A stretch of 64,000 nt of DNA from Dimorphilus gyrociliatus (lineage: Eukaryota > Animalia > Annelida): NCBI GenBank assembly GCA_904063045.1, contig CAJFCJ010000006.1:5348408-5412407 (forward strand), written 5' to 3'. A program made the position numbers and the translations under genes. Below, piece by piece: positions 25,718 to 38,896 of the stretch. Position 1 is the first letter of the stretch; every line of letters begins with the position of its first letter. The notes beneath the pieces were generated by a model, which saw only the letters and a program-made list of their open reading frames with translations, searched no databases and had not been told where the DNA came from.

Positions 25718-26845
25718 ATGGAATCTAGACAGAGAAGACAATTCTACAAACCTGAAATAGTTGATATTGTAGATTCTATAAGGCAGAGGAAGAAAATATC
25801 ATCGGTAGGCGATTTTTCAATAAGAGCATGGATATTGGTAGCGTTAACTTTACCAGTTGGACTCTTTACACTCTATTGCTTCTTTCTATTTTCAACTGTT
25901 GGACTTCCCTCGCCATCTGACGTAGCCGAGAATGTTTATCATTTTACAAATGGTAAATAACATTTTCTACGTTATAAACAATGATTAACTATCGTAAATA
26001 TCTACTCCTTAAATAGATGTTCATAGGAGTCTTTCGAGCAATTGCCCGCTGTGGCTCTCCTCAAAAGATTTACAAGAAATTCGAAATTCAAAAGAACTAT
26101 TAACAGTATTAAGCGAAAAAAGTACCTTTGAAGCCGATGATTTAATAAGAAAGGCTCATCCGTTCGTATGGAAGAAATTAGGTAAGAAAATGATAATAAT
26201 TTATTCCCGTAGTTAATTATATAACTTTATTTAGCTACAGCTAATTTAAATATTCCAAATGATATTAAAAGTTGTGAAAGTGTACAAACTATTCATTCTC
26301 CTCTCATATTACATTGGCAAAGAAAATTAAAGGTTAAGCTAAGTGAGATTAGCTTAAAAGATGATCCTTGTTTTAGTGGTGTTATCAACTTGCGAATTAT
26401 GGATAATAGTGAACTTGAGGAAGTTGTATACAATACTCTATCCCCAAGACGTCTATCCTACTTTAGAAATAAATTGGATATTATAGAATTATTATACTTA
26501 TATATGGCAAAGAATAACTTAGGTATTCCACCAAAATTCCCAAATGAATGTGGAATATTTACCCTACATCAAATTTCTGGAATAGCTAATTATACACTAT
26601 CATGGCCAGTCGGTAACCACGGTTTAATTGAAATGAATAAACCAAAACATTTCCAATTAGAAGTTGGTTAGTTATTGATAATACTTAATAATTGTTTAAA
26701 TACCAATAATCTAATTCTCTTTTCAGGTGATATGGTCATTTTCTATTCGGGAATGAGATTACATATGGAATCTGTATCTGATTGTTCAATGAGTGTTTTA
26801 GAAAGGATGAAAGATAAGAACTATTGTCCATACGGCAGCAGTTAA
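25718..26845 (+). CDS. Uncharacterised type II membrane protein, possible degenerate cupin/JmjC-like luminal domain
   Basis: Exons 25718-25952, 26017-26181, 26235-26666, 26727-26845 join in frame. Single TM WILVALTLPVGLFTLYCFFLF; C-terminal GIFTLHQISGIANYTLSW...FQLEVGDMVIFYSGMRLH resembles cupin beta-strands (weak, by eye). Confidence 0.65.
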
Positions 26846-27095
26846 AATTGCTTTAAAAATATATCGCGAAAATGATTAGTTTTATTAAAACAAAACAAAA
26901 TATTTTACTTAATTAATCGTTTATTAATTAGGCAATTAAGTAGCTGTGATTGTTTGAAAAAATATTGCATTATATATCCCGTTTTCTTTAATGGCACAGC
27001 TTGTTCCTGCTTTTCTTCAAATTGTTTTTAAGATCTTTAGAGATATTCTAAAAAAAAATAGACCATTAAAATTCAAGAAAGCTGACTGTCGAGGC

Positions 27096-29819
27096 TTAGA
27101 CGCTTAATACAACTTCTTCTTTTTCATACCATCCTTTTTTCCCTTTTAGTAAATAGCCTTTGCTGTGAATTATTCCACGAGATTTGATCAAGACTGAGTA
27201 TCTTGTGGTATAAGTAGCTTGCCAACCTGCTCCATCTCTCTCAGTAGACTCTGAACGGATAATTTGCTGCAGTGCAGAGTTCGTTATGATATCTACAAAC
27301 GTATAAAAGGCAAAATATATATATATATATATACTGTATATACATAAACTTTTAATTCAAAGATATTTATATAAAAGATAAAGACAAAAGTTTATTAAAA
27401 ATAATTGTAGGCCTACTAGAACAAATAATAAGCATAAAATACTCTTTTTTCTTCTTCACGTACAATAAACATTATCACAGTTTAAAGTTCTATTTTTTTC
27501 AAAATTTTCAACATTTCATTAACAAGTAGTGGTGTGAAATAATCATGAAAACATTGTTAAAATATAAACACGGAATTATATTCGTTATTTGTTGTTCGAT
27601 AATTTTTCTATTTCTATTTAATAACTTTAAAGTAAGTATTCTTTTCTATTTCTCTTTCTCTCTCTGTCTCTCTCTCTTTTTTTTTTAAAAAACAAACAAA
27701 ATACTCTTACAGAATTCTACAATTAAGAAAAATCCAAGTGTTCAATGTAAGATTTATAGGAATAATTCAGAAATTAATGAAATTACTATTGTAACTGCAT
27801 ATATTCGTTTAAAACCTTTTCCAAAGACATTTTTTAATAATACAAGAGGAGCGCCGGATTATTTAGTTTGGATGAAAACTTTCTCAAATATTTTAAATCC
27901 AGTAGTAGCCTTTTTTACTACTGAAGAAGATGCCGATAAATTCTTAGCTATTCGTAATTCTAAGCGTAAATTACCTACAATTATTAAAATAACTGATATT
28001 AATAGATTAAGATCATTTGAAACTGTTGAAGATGTTGAAAGTCTCTTTAATAAACCATATTATCCAAAGTATTTACCAAATACTTGGGACGCTTCTTACT
28101 CTTGTGCCATGAACGCGAAATACGAATTTGTAAATTGGGCAAGCGAAATTAATCCATACAAAACAAGATATATCGCTTGGCTGGATATTGGTTTATTTCG
28201 CGAATTGGTCAAGATCAATAAGTCGTTATGTTTAGGTTTGCCAGACGATTTCGACGAGTGTAAAGTATCTTATGGAGTAGTTCATCAAGCTCAAATGTTT
28301 GATAATAAGAAAATATTTTATCATAATTTAGTTTGGGTTGCCGGAGGTTATTTTATAGCCAATAGAGAAATTATGAAAAATTGGAGTCAATTTTATATGG
28401 AGGCTACTGGTCATCTCCTAGCTCAAGGACTAAGTAATACGGATCAACAAGTTGTATACGCAATAAGGAATACTTTATATAAATACAACAAAACGATTCC
28501 TATAAAAGAGCATTTTTGGGATGGATATCGTTATAATCCGTGGTTTTTTTTGGCGTTTAAAAGTAGAAAAGACCCAGGAAAGTGTACTATTAAAAACATT
28601 TTAAACAAAGCTATAGTAAATTGATAAAAACCTGTCGGATCATTGTGGGTAAGTAGAGTAATGTCGTGCTCTTTCGCGAAATTTACCATTTCTGTTGGCA
28701 TTTCACAGCAAGAATCCAAATTGACTTGATTAACTGTGGGTTTAATCTTGTGGAAAAATAATATAAAAACTATATTAAAAGGTATTTATATATTCTTTGA
28801 TAAGTTAATTGATAAATAATTTGCTTAACAGTTATTCTTATAATCAACTATTTAAAAGTAGTAATACAATTGTATTTACTTTAGCTGTATTATATAGACG
28901 CTCTAACTCATCAGTATCCAAATCGGAGAAACCTATACTGAAGATTTTATTTTCGTCAACATATTCCTCTAGTTTTGTCCACATGTTCTAGATTTATAGA
29001 TAGAAATTTTAATGAATTAATAATAATTATATAAGGAATATTAATTTAACTATTACTTCAATATTCTCGAAAGTGAATAACTTTTCAGGTAAGGCTACCA
29101 AAACAGTTTCGATAGTTTTTATTCCCAATTCCGTCATCACTTAAAAAAGGAAGAAAAATCCAATTTATTATTTAAGTAAACCTTTTTTCAATAGTTTATA
29201 CCATCTTGAATAGCTTCGTCAAGAGAATTCGGATTAGCTTGATTCATAAATAACTTTACTGTAAAATAATTCAATTAATTAAGAATAACAATATTAATAT
29301 AATTATTATAAATATTACTATACCAGTTATCTTAAAATTACTTCGATCTTCTAAACTCAACTTTTCCGTACTTGTATTTATCGATAGCTTTTCAATATAC
29401 TGTTTTTTTTTTAAAAAAAAAAAATTTGTTCTAATTTATATCGAAATTCTGTTGAAATAAAATTGAACACAGTAAAAAAGAGGTTTGAGTATTAAACATA
29501 AACCTGTTTTTTTTATCTCTAGCTGTCCTTCTTAATGGTATTGGTTGCTAAGCTTGAACAATAGAAAAGTACTTACTTGTAAATCATCCTTATCCGAAGT
29601 CTTGAGCCATTCGTGTAATGAATGCTTAATACAATCCGCTAACTAAATCATTTAAGAAAGTTGCTTATAGGACTTAGATTTAGCAAAGTCATAATTATAC
29701 GGAACCTCCTCTTTTGGGGTCTGTTGTATACGCTTCGATAAGCGGTTCCAATTTACAATGTTACCAGTATGAATAAAGATCTCAGAAGCTTTTGGAAATG
29801 TGGACGAACTTTCTTCCAT
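27096..29819 (-). CDS. GCLM: Glutamate-cysteine ligase modifier subunit
   Basis: MEESSSTFPKASEIFIHTGNIVNWNRLSKR, DCIKHSLHEW, IGFSDLD, KPTVNQVNLDSCCEMP...ITLLTHNDP, RYSVLIKSRGIIHSKGY. Eight short exons; the last intron (27293-28631) is large and hosts a nested gene. The extreme 3' end is approximate. Confidence 0.92.
27545..28624 (+). CDS. HtrL/YibB-like putative glycosyltransferase-fold protein, type II membrane, nested antisense in the last GCLM intron
   Basis: Exon 27545-27631 (TM GIIFVICCSIIFLFLF) plus exon 27713-28624 in frame. Motifs ITIVTAY, YSCAMNAKYEFV, NPYKTRYIAWLDIG, WVAGGYF, NTDQQVVY match the HtrL/YibB pattern as I recall it. Confidence 0.8.
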
Positions 29820-30867
29820 AATTCAAAACGTTTTGTTTATACTAAACATACACGCTACACCAAGCTTTTTTATCACCAGACAAAAGTGATCTATATATAC
29901 GTTTAGAGAAGTTCAACATTTAGGCCTCTGGAATATTCTACAATCTCTTTGAAATACTTACTTCCTATTGGCGCCTAAAATATGAAATTATTTCCAACAA
30001 TAAACTAAAAATAGGACAGTTGAAAAAAATTTATTCCATTGTATTATTTTTTGTATTTATATAATATTTAAAAATTAAAGAAAACATAACAAAGAATTTG
30101 AGATATAGAAAAATAACATAGTTAGATATAGCAATACATATACAGTATACAGTATACAGTATATAAGCTATTGATTAATAAATAATTACGTTGTTTAATT
30201 AGTCGAAATATTCCATTTGAGAATGTTGATAAATAGTTTCATCTTATTTATTTTAGTATCAATTTGTACCTTTCTGGCTATTTGTTTCCTTTATTTACAT
30301 TAGTTTGTATGGCTTGTCTAGAAATTGTAATATCTGAAAGACGCATTAAAAATTTCACAAACGAATATATGCATACCAACATATATTAACAAATATTCAT
30401 AAGTATACTGTATATACATATATATAAATTATATATATATATACATATATATCAATGTATTACTATTCACAATTACGTAGAATGACAAAAACAATTGATT
30501 GATAGGTGGTTAATTTAGATAATGTTAATTACCTTTATTTTTATATGAAAACCTACATTCAGTATATGTACAGCGAATTTAGATTCTGTACATAATATAA
30601 CATATTAAATTCCTGACCTTATATGACCCCTTATATATATATAATTTTTGTTTTGCGCAATTGAGCCCCTTTATAATCACTACAGTCTTAAGACCAAGGA
30701 TTAATATATAGAATAAGCAAATACAGCCATTAATTGGATCACTAAACAGAGAGCAAAAATACTCTAAATTTCCACTATAGTTTAGCTGGAAAGGACAAAA
30801 CGATGAATTTATAGATTGTAGGACGTTTTATCTCTTCACTTTCTTTTTAGCATTTTTTTTATCAGGT

Positions 30868-33091
30868 CTATCGTTTTCGGCGACAAACTCTACGATGTAA
30901 CGGCCAATGGGAGCTCTGACATCCATCTGAACAATATGATGTGTTCCAACAACAATGATAAATTGCCTCTTTTTCGCAATTAAAACACCATTGTTTCTTT
31001 TTTGTTCTAGATAACTCGTCTTTATGTTTGTCAGAGGTTATTTTTCTCTCTTTTGCAAATCTAAGAAAAGAATAAAACAAGTGAAAATAAATAAAGTGAA
31101 CATTTGTATTGCATTTATTCAATTATTAATATATTTATATATACTATATATTAAAAACTTACTGCTCCTCGCATGCTCTTTTTGTCTCCTCAACGATTGC
31201 ATTTTTCTCTTCGATTAGCCTCAATCTCTCTTCGTCAAATGAATTTTTTAATTGTATAATACTTTCTCTATGCTGTTTTAGAAGCTCAGCCTTAGTTATG
31301 TTGCATTGGCAAACTTCTTTCTCTGATCTTGCTGATACGGTATCATTAGAACATGATGGACTGACTTTTGCGCTTTGTTCCATTTTGATTACAGATGAAC
31401 CAGCTAAAGAGGTTCTCCTCTTTTTTTTCATACCCTCCTCTGCTTCATTAGAATTTCGCTGCCGTTTTCGAAGAAACGGTAAAACAGTCCCCTGAGGCTT
31501 TTTCGGTTTTTCCACTTCTTCACATTTTCCCTCTTCCTCCTCATTTTCTTCTCTGTCATTTTTTCTTTCACCTTCGCCTTCTTCTTCATCTTCCTCGTCT
31601 CCCTCCTCTTCTTCCTCCTCAATTTCTTCTTCGCTATCGGTAAAATTTGAGGTGAAGCCTTTCTTACATAAATCTCGACATTTTTCTAATTGCGCAAGAG
31701 CCTTATCCATGTCTATAAAAAAAGATTATGATGACGAATGTAGATAAGATTGGAAGTTACGTCAAACTTACGTAACGTCTTTTTTAAATTTAACGATCGT
31801 TTATCAACATCAACATTTTTAATGTTGCTATGTGGAACGAATGCTCGTTCATGGGGCTCCCCAAAAAATTTCACTTCAACGGACACATCGGTCTCTTTCA
31901 TCACTTTTCCAGGCCAGTATGGATGACCACGAACTTTAGCAAAGACTAGCTTATGCTCCTTTCTGCAGGGTAGACAAAACCAATCCTTTGTATTTGATTT
32001 GGAGTTAAGGAAACAATCAAAACATGCGTCCAATAAAGCTATCTATAAATAAATTTTATATTAAAATGATTATTTTAATTCTCAAATATACTTACTTCTT
32101 CCTGCAGTTTGTCTAACATTTTAATAACTTGTTTAGAAACAGTTGATTGGTTACCCCAAATAAGCATAACATTATGCGCTACAAGGTAAACATCTTTAAC
32201 GAAACATTCAAAGGTTTTATATTCTTTCTTCTCTAACTGTAAAATTTAGTAAATCAAAAATATAATGAAAATTAAGTTAATAAGAGTAATAAGACAGAAT
32301 GAATTAAATTTTACTTTAGCTTGCATTCCTTCCAAGTCCAGATATTTGTATGTAATGAATTTTATTCTTTCGTCAACTTCACTATCACACTGCAACCTGT
32401 TTAGTTCTTCTCCAAATCTCATCAAAGGTTTAATTAGACACTTCAGTATTTTCAACAGTAGCTTTCTCTCGAAACATTTCTGAAATTTCTTGTCTTTCTG
32501 TATGTGAATTTTATTTGCACTTAATTAAATTAAGAAATTGCAAATGAAATTTGATTAACCAACAAGGCACATATCGCATATAAATGTTTCTGAACGGAAG
32601 TTCTTAGCTAAGTTTACTGGCAAGCAACTCTTGTGATAAACTAACCAGCAGGTAGTACATAAGCAGACATCTCCTCCCGTATGACATTCAAAGCAGTACC
32701 TAAACAAGATTAGAAACATATATGTATTTACGTTACTATGCATAATGTAAAATCTAAGGTACAACCAATCATGGGTTTGTCGGTCATCAACATCCTCGTT
32801 GACGGAAAGATTTGAGTAGTATATAGAATTATCTGAATTGTCGCAGTTTAAACGCAGTAAACCTTCAGCATCTGCTTGTCGTAGCTCATCCTCGCATTCT
32901 GCTAAAGTTATACCCTTGATGTTTTTAGCAACAGCTTTAAATATTTTTTCCAAAGTTGGTTTCTGCAATACATGCAATAATCTTATTAATTTGGCATTAA
33001 ATTTTATTGTAGTTTATTGTACCTTTAATGAATTTATTGCTGACCAAAAGAATTGAACATATACTGTATTCGCGGATCTTCTTTCGGGCAT
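30868..33091 (-). CDS. ZMYND11: ZMYND11/BS69-like chromatin reader (winged-helix-like N-terminus, PHD, bromo, PWWP, acidic tract, MYND)
   Basis: [23 protein letters not shown]; [27 protein letters not shown]; bromo half ending HNVMLIWG (no acetyl-lysine Asn, as in ZMYND11); [19 protein letters not shown]; [48 protein letters not shown]. Confidence 0.9.
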
Positions 33092-33370
33092 AGTATCTGG
33101 AAAACTATAGAATGTCGAACTAAAATTTAATTCGAGGACTTAAATAAGTCCGCAATGTGATAATTTCTTAAAACATACTGTTTATCTTAATAATGTTCTG
33201 CAGATGAAATTTATTTTGTATTCCTTGTGCAAATTTTCGAAGAATAATCCAAACTTAACGATCGCAAGCTCGCAAGATGCATCTACGCCATCTTGTATAA
33301 TGTTGACAAAAGGTATCCTCGCTACGTCATTATTTTAGGATACCCCAATAACCCATAATGCATCGGAATA

Positions 33371-33383
33371 GTTGCTTAGCAAC
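33371..33383. promoter_or_regulatory. RFX/X-box-like palindrome in the ZMYND11-FTCD bidirectional promoter
   Basis: GTTGCTTAGCAAC, a near-perfect inverted repeat resembling RFX (EF-C) sites. Confidence 0.4.
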
Positions 33384-33462
33384 GGACGCGATAGTTTTTT
33401 TTCAATATCGTATGACTGCTTTTTAAAAGCGATCTGATAAGAGTTCATTCATGTGGTTCGAC

Positions 33463-35666
33463 ATGTCGCGTATAGTAGAGTGCGTGCCAAATTTCTCAGA
33501 AGGGAGAAATAAGGAAGTAATTGATGCTATTGCTGCTGCAATTGGTTCAACAGAAGGCTGCTCATTGTTGGACGTCGATCCAGGACCTTCTACGAACAGG
33601 ACAGTTTATACTTTCGTCGGACCACCTGAGGCTGTTGTCGAGGGAGCCCTGAATGGAGCAAGAGCTGCCTCACAGCTCATTGATATGAGCAGACACACCG
33701 GCGAACATCCAAGATTAGGAGCCCTTGACGTCTGCCCTTTTGTACCCGTTAAAAATGTTACAATGGATGATTGTGTCGACTGTGCCAAAGAGTTTGGAAA
33801 AAGACTAGCAGAAGAATTGGAAGTACCCGGTGAGTGAATCGATTAAAATAATAAAAAAACTAGACCTTGGCCTAGTTTGTCATTGAACATTGTAATATCA
33901 TGTTACTTCATTGTATTCAGTGTATTTATATGGCGAAGCGTCTGAAGTAGATTATAGAAAGGCTGTACCACAAATTCGCCAAGGAGAGTACGAAAGTCTA
34001 CCACAACGCTTAGAAAAGAATGAATGGAAACCAGACTTTGGACCTGCCGAATTTCGTCCAACATGGGGTGCGACGATGGCTGGAGCTAGAAAGTTTCTCA
34101 TAGCTTATAACGTAAACATACTATCAACAAAGGAGCAAGCTCATCGTATAGCTTTAAATGTCAGAGAACAAGGAAGAGGAGAAGACAAACCGGGAAAATT
34201 GAAAGGGGTTCAAGCTATTGGATGGTATTTGGGAGAAGCAAATATGGCCCAAGTTTCGGTTAATATCTCAGATTTTGAGGTTACTCCTATTCATACCGTT
34301 TTTGAAGAAGTGAAAAAAGACGCCGAAGATTTAAATTTAGCTATATGTGGATCTCAAATCGTTGGTCTAGTCCCACTTTCTGCTCTTCTAATCTCGGCTG
34401 AGTACTACATTGAAAAGGAGGAACTCTTCCTATTGGATAATGATCAGAAAATACGCTTAATTATCGATAGGTTAGGTCTGCAGTCTTTTGACGCATTCAA
34501 ACCAAAAGAACGAGTTATAGAATATATGATTGATGATGATGAAATGAAAGGTCCTTTCTTGGGAATGCCTTTAGAAAGTTTTTTCCATGCAATTGGTGGA
34601 AGAACCGCGACACCTGGAGGTGGTTCAGCATCAGCTGTCTGCGCCACTCTGGGATCAGCTTTAGCAACTATGGTGGGTTTTCTTTCCTACGGCAACAGGA
34701 AATTCGAGCATCTCGATAAGGAAATGAGAAAGCTCCTACCTGACCTATACGAATGCACTAAGAAATTAATGCCTATTGTCGATCATGATGCAGTTGCCTA
34801 CGAGGATTTTATGGTATTTATCAATATTTTTTTTTATTAAAATCAATATTGTATAGTTTTTTTAATCTAGGGTAATATTATTTTTCTCACAATTCTTTGC
34901 CATCTGTAGGTCTTTAGCCATAAAAATTTGACACACAATAAATCTTTTTAATAGTTTTAAGGATGTCATTTGTAATTAAACTAACTAATATAAACATTTA
35001 AACAGTTAGCCTGTAAACTACCAAAAGACACGCCAGAAGAAGAGGAAAGGTAATAAAACTACTTTCCAGTAATATAAAAAAAAATTAGAGAAGGACAGGT
35101 ACTATAAATAAAAGAGAAAAGAGGGAGAGATAGACGGGGACGATATACGTAAGGAAAGAGGGTTTAAAGGATAGAGAAAAGGGAGTAGTGTAAATAGGGT
35201 AAAGGATAAAGAGATTAACTAAGCTAAATTTTAAATAAAACATAAATCATTCGGTGTAGGAGAGAAACGGCTATGCAAACTACATTGAAAAATTCAGCTC
35301 TTGTACCGCTAAATCTGGCTGTTACTGCAAACAAAGCGTGGCCGGCCTTTAAACGAGTCGCAGAAATCGGAAACGAAAATTGCATATCGGATTTGCAAGT
35401 TGGCGCCAGGGCATTAGAAACTGGAGTTTGGGGAGCTTATTACAATGTAATGACCAATTTAAAAGACGTTAAGGATGCAGAGTTCAAAGAAAAGGTATTT
35501 CTATATAATATTTGATTAGGTTTTCTTTCATCTATTAAATATTTGCTTTTTTTTAAATATCAAATAAAACAAAAAACAGGTCAAGACGGAAATTGAAAAT
35601 GAATTAAAGGAGGCCCAAAAATCTAAGGAAGAAATTCTTAAGCTAGCCGAAACTAGATTGGGATAA
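33463..35666 (+). CDS. FTCD: Formimidoyltransferase-cyclodeaminase
   Basis: [24 protein letters not shown]...[13 protein letters not shown]...[16 protein letters not shown]; TPGGGSASA. Exons 33463-33829, 33921-34813, 35006-35049, 35260-35494, 35580-35666. Confidence 0.97.
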
Positions 35667-35934
35667 GGAAAGAGAAGAGAACATAGTATTAACACCTTTA
35701 TCTATCATACACGCCATGCTATACAACCCCTTGATATTAATGCTCATACTTACTAGTCTGCCCCGTTTGTCGAACCCCTAGTTAATATAGGCCTAAACAC
35801 GTAATAAACAGCCTCAGTTCAATGTTGTTTTACGTGCACAAAAAAAATTCAAACAGATTTATATATTAATGTTTATAGACTTGTATATAGAAGGTTTATA
35901 CAGTGAATATAAAAGAGGGAGGGAGAGTAGAAAA

Positions 35935-35975
35935 GACAGACAGACAGACAGATAGATAGATAAATAGATAGATTG
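35935..35975. repeat. Compound (GACA)n/(GATA)n microsatellite
   Basis: gacagacagacagacagatagatagataaatagatagat between the FTCD and zinc-finger 3' ends. Confidence 0.8.
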
Positions 35976-36197
35976 ACCGACAGTCTAAGTGAGAGAAAGG
36001 AGAAACCCCGCAAAAAAAAAGAGAGGAAGGGTATAAGAAGATATTCTTTATTTACCCGTAAAATCAATTCAGTGAAAAAGTATATTTTTAAAAAAAGAGA
36101 CTAGATCATTAAAATCCCAAGTATAAAAGTGATAAATTAAAAAAAAAACTAGCCGGTTTAGATACTAAAAAAAAGTAAAAACAAAAACAAAACAAGA

Positions 36198-37178
36198 TTA
36201 AACGGCTGTTTCTATTGCCTTAGTTTTGTTTGGACTGCCATCTTCTTCCACGATTGAGCTATCGCCATGATCAACCACCAAGTGTTCCCTTAATTCATAC
36301 GCTAGAATGAACGATTTTTCGCAGACGGTGCAACGTATTTGATTCTCAACCGGATCGTGTTGCCTCATTTTATGCATTTTTAAGGCGCCTTTTGAGTAGA
36401 AATCTCTGTCACACATATCGCACGAATGCATTTTAATTTGCATATGTACTTTGATCACGTGCTCTTTCAAGCAAGACGTCGAAGGAAAATGACGATTACA
36501 AAGTGTGCAACCAATTTCAGTTGTAGATTTAGATAGATCCTTTACTTCCAGCGGTTCATCGTCTTCTCCATCAGTTAGCGAAAGTAGCGTATCGTCGTAT
36601 TTTTGACGCTTAGAGCGTTTTGATTCGGTAAATGAAAAAGATCTTTGACGATTACTTTTTGTTGATTTCTTACTAACATTTAAAATATCTGACGGTAGTT
36701 CAACTGGTGGGGAAGCGATCGTACTCGACTTATCGAAGAGCCTTTCGACAACTGTCTGCGTCTTTCGGGACGGTGTTTGAGTAAAAGCGTCCACATTCGG
36801 AGTATCGATTTTCTGTTCCTTACTAACCTTATTTTTCTTCGGATATAAAGCTTTCAGTTTAGATTGGATTGAAGAGCCGCTCGTAGACTGTTTCATGCCT
36901 TTCTCTTCTTTCTCGTCCGCAGGCGGTTGAAGGCATTTTTCAACCAATGAAGTAGCAGAGGACGTAAAACTCTTCCTCCTTAATCTTTTAGGCTTAATAG
37001 GCGCTTTGGGATTGATATTCTCTTGCAATAGACAATTCAACATTGCGTGTCCGTCGCATGAAAGGTGAATACTGCCAGTTATTGATAGATTATCCGTAAA
37101 ACTACAATTCGTCCTACACCAATCCCTTAGAGCAGCTTTAAGAGACTCACAAAGAGGATCGGAAGTTTGAGAAACCAT
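36198..37178 (-). CDS. Single-exon C2H2 zinc-finger protein (3 fingers) with an unnamed N-terminal domain
   Basis: Fingers CTLCNRHF...HVIKVH, CDMCDRDF...HKMRQH, CTVCEKSF...HLVVDH; probable ATG about 37178 (MVSQTSD). Confidence 0.85.
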   Translation of the reverse strand: MVSQTSDPLCESLKAALRDWCRTNCSFTDNLSITGSIHLSCDGHAMLNCLLQENINPKAPIKPKRLRRKSFTSSATSLVEKCLQPPADEKEEKGMKQSTSGSSIQSKLKALYPKKNKVSKEQKIDTPNVDAFTQTPSRKTQTVVERLFDKSSTIASPPVELPSDILNVSKKSTKSNRQRSFSFTESKRSKRQKYDDTLLSLTDGEDDEPLEVKDLSKSTTEIGCTLCNRHFPSTSCLKEHVIKVHMQIKMHSCDMCDRDFYSKGALKMHKMRQHDPVENQIRCTVCEKSFILAYELREHLVVDHGDSSIVEEDGSPNKTKAIETAV

Positions 37179-37415
37179 TATTAACAAATCTGTATACCCC
37201 CTTTATCGTTACTTCCTGTCTAACTCTACTAGTTGAATACAACTCAATTCGAATCGCCCGCCAAACCTACTCGCGGCCATAATAGAATTATTCAAATGAG
37301 CCGAGAAACGCTGGCGTTGATTGGTTCAGTAAACGAGGCCGGCTGGCGGCGCTGTCTTTGTTTCCAGAGCACGTTCCGTCCGATGACCGTTCAAAACGTA
37401 CGGCATCCGGAAAAG

Positions 37416-38485
<1,070 letters not shown>

Positions 38486-38896
38486 AATTTTGGCCATGTA
38501 CTCGTCAACATTCTTTATTTCTTCTTTTTAAATCTCATTAAATTCCTTCTGTTTTTTTCTACGCGAAAGAAAATTTAACTGATCTATAAGAGAGTGATGT
38601 GCATCTACATTTTAAAAAAAAGAATGAAAAAAAATGCACTTTTATCGGATAATTTATAATGTTTTTCTTCCGCTCATTTTTGTGTGCTTGTACTAAAAAA
38701 TCTAGTCCTAACAAATTTTTTTTCCTTTATAGTTTCTTATTATACAAACTAACGCTTACCACATTCTATTCAGTCAAAAAAACTGCTTTTTAAATGAGTC
38801 TAAGCGTTCATTATATTTATACGTGTTGTATCTAGTCGACTTCTGTTTTTATTGTGAAAACTGCTATGTAATAAAAACTATTTACATTCCTTTATT

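Noticed and set aside
27737-27760. Possible 13-nt micro-intron gtaagatttatag in the HtrL-like gene
   Set aside because: The frame reads through without splicing, and removing 13 nt would break it.
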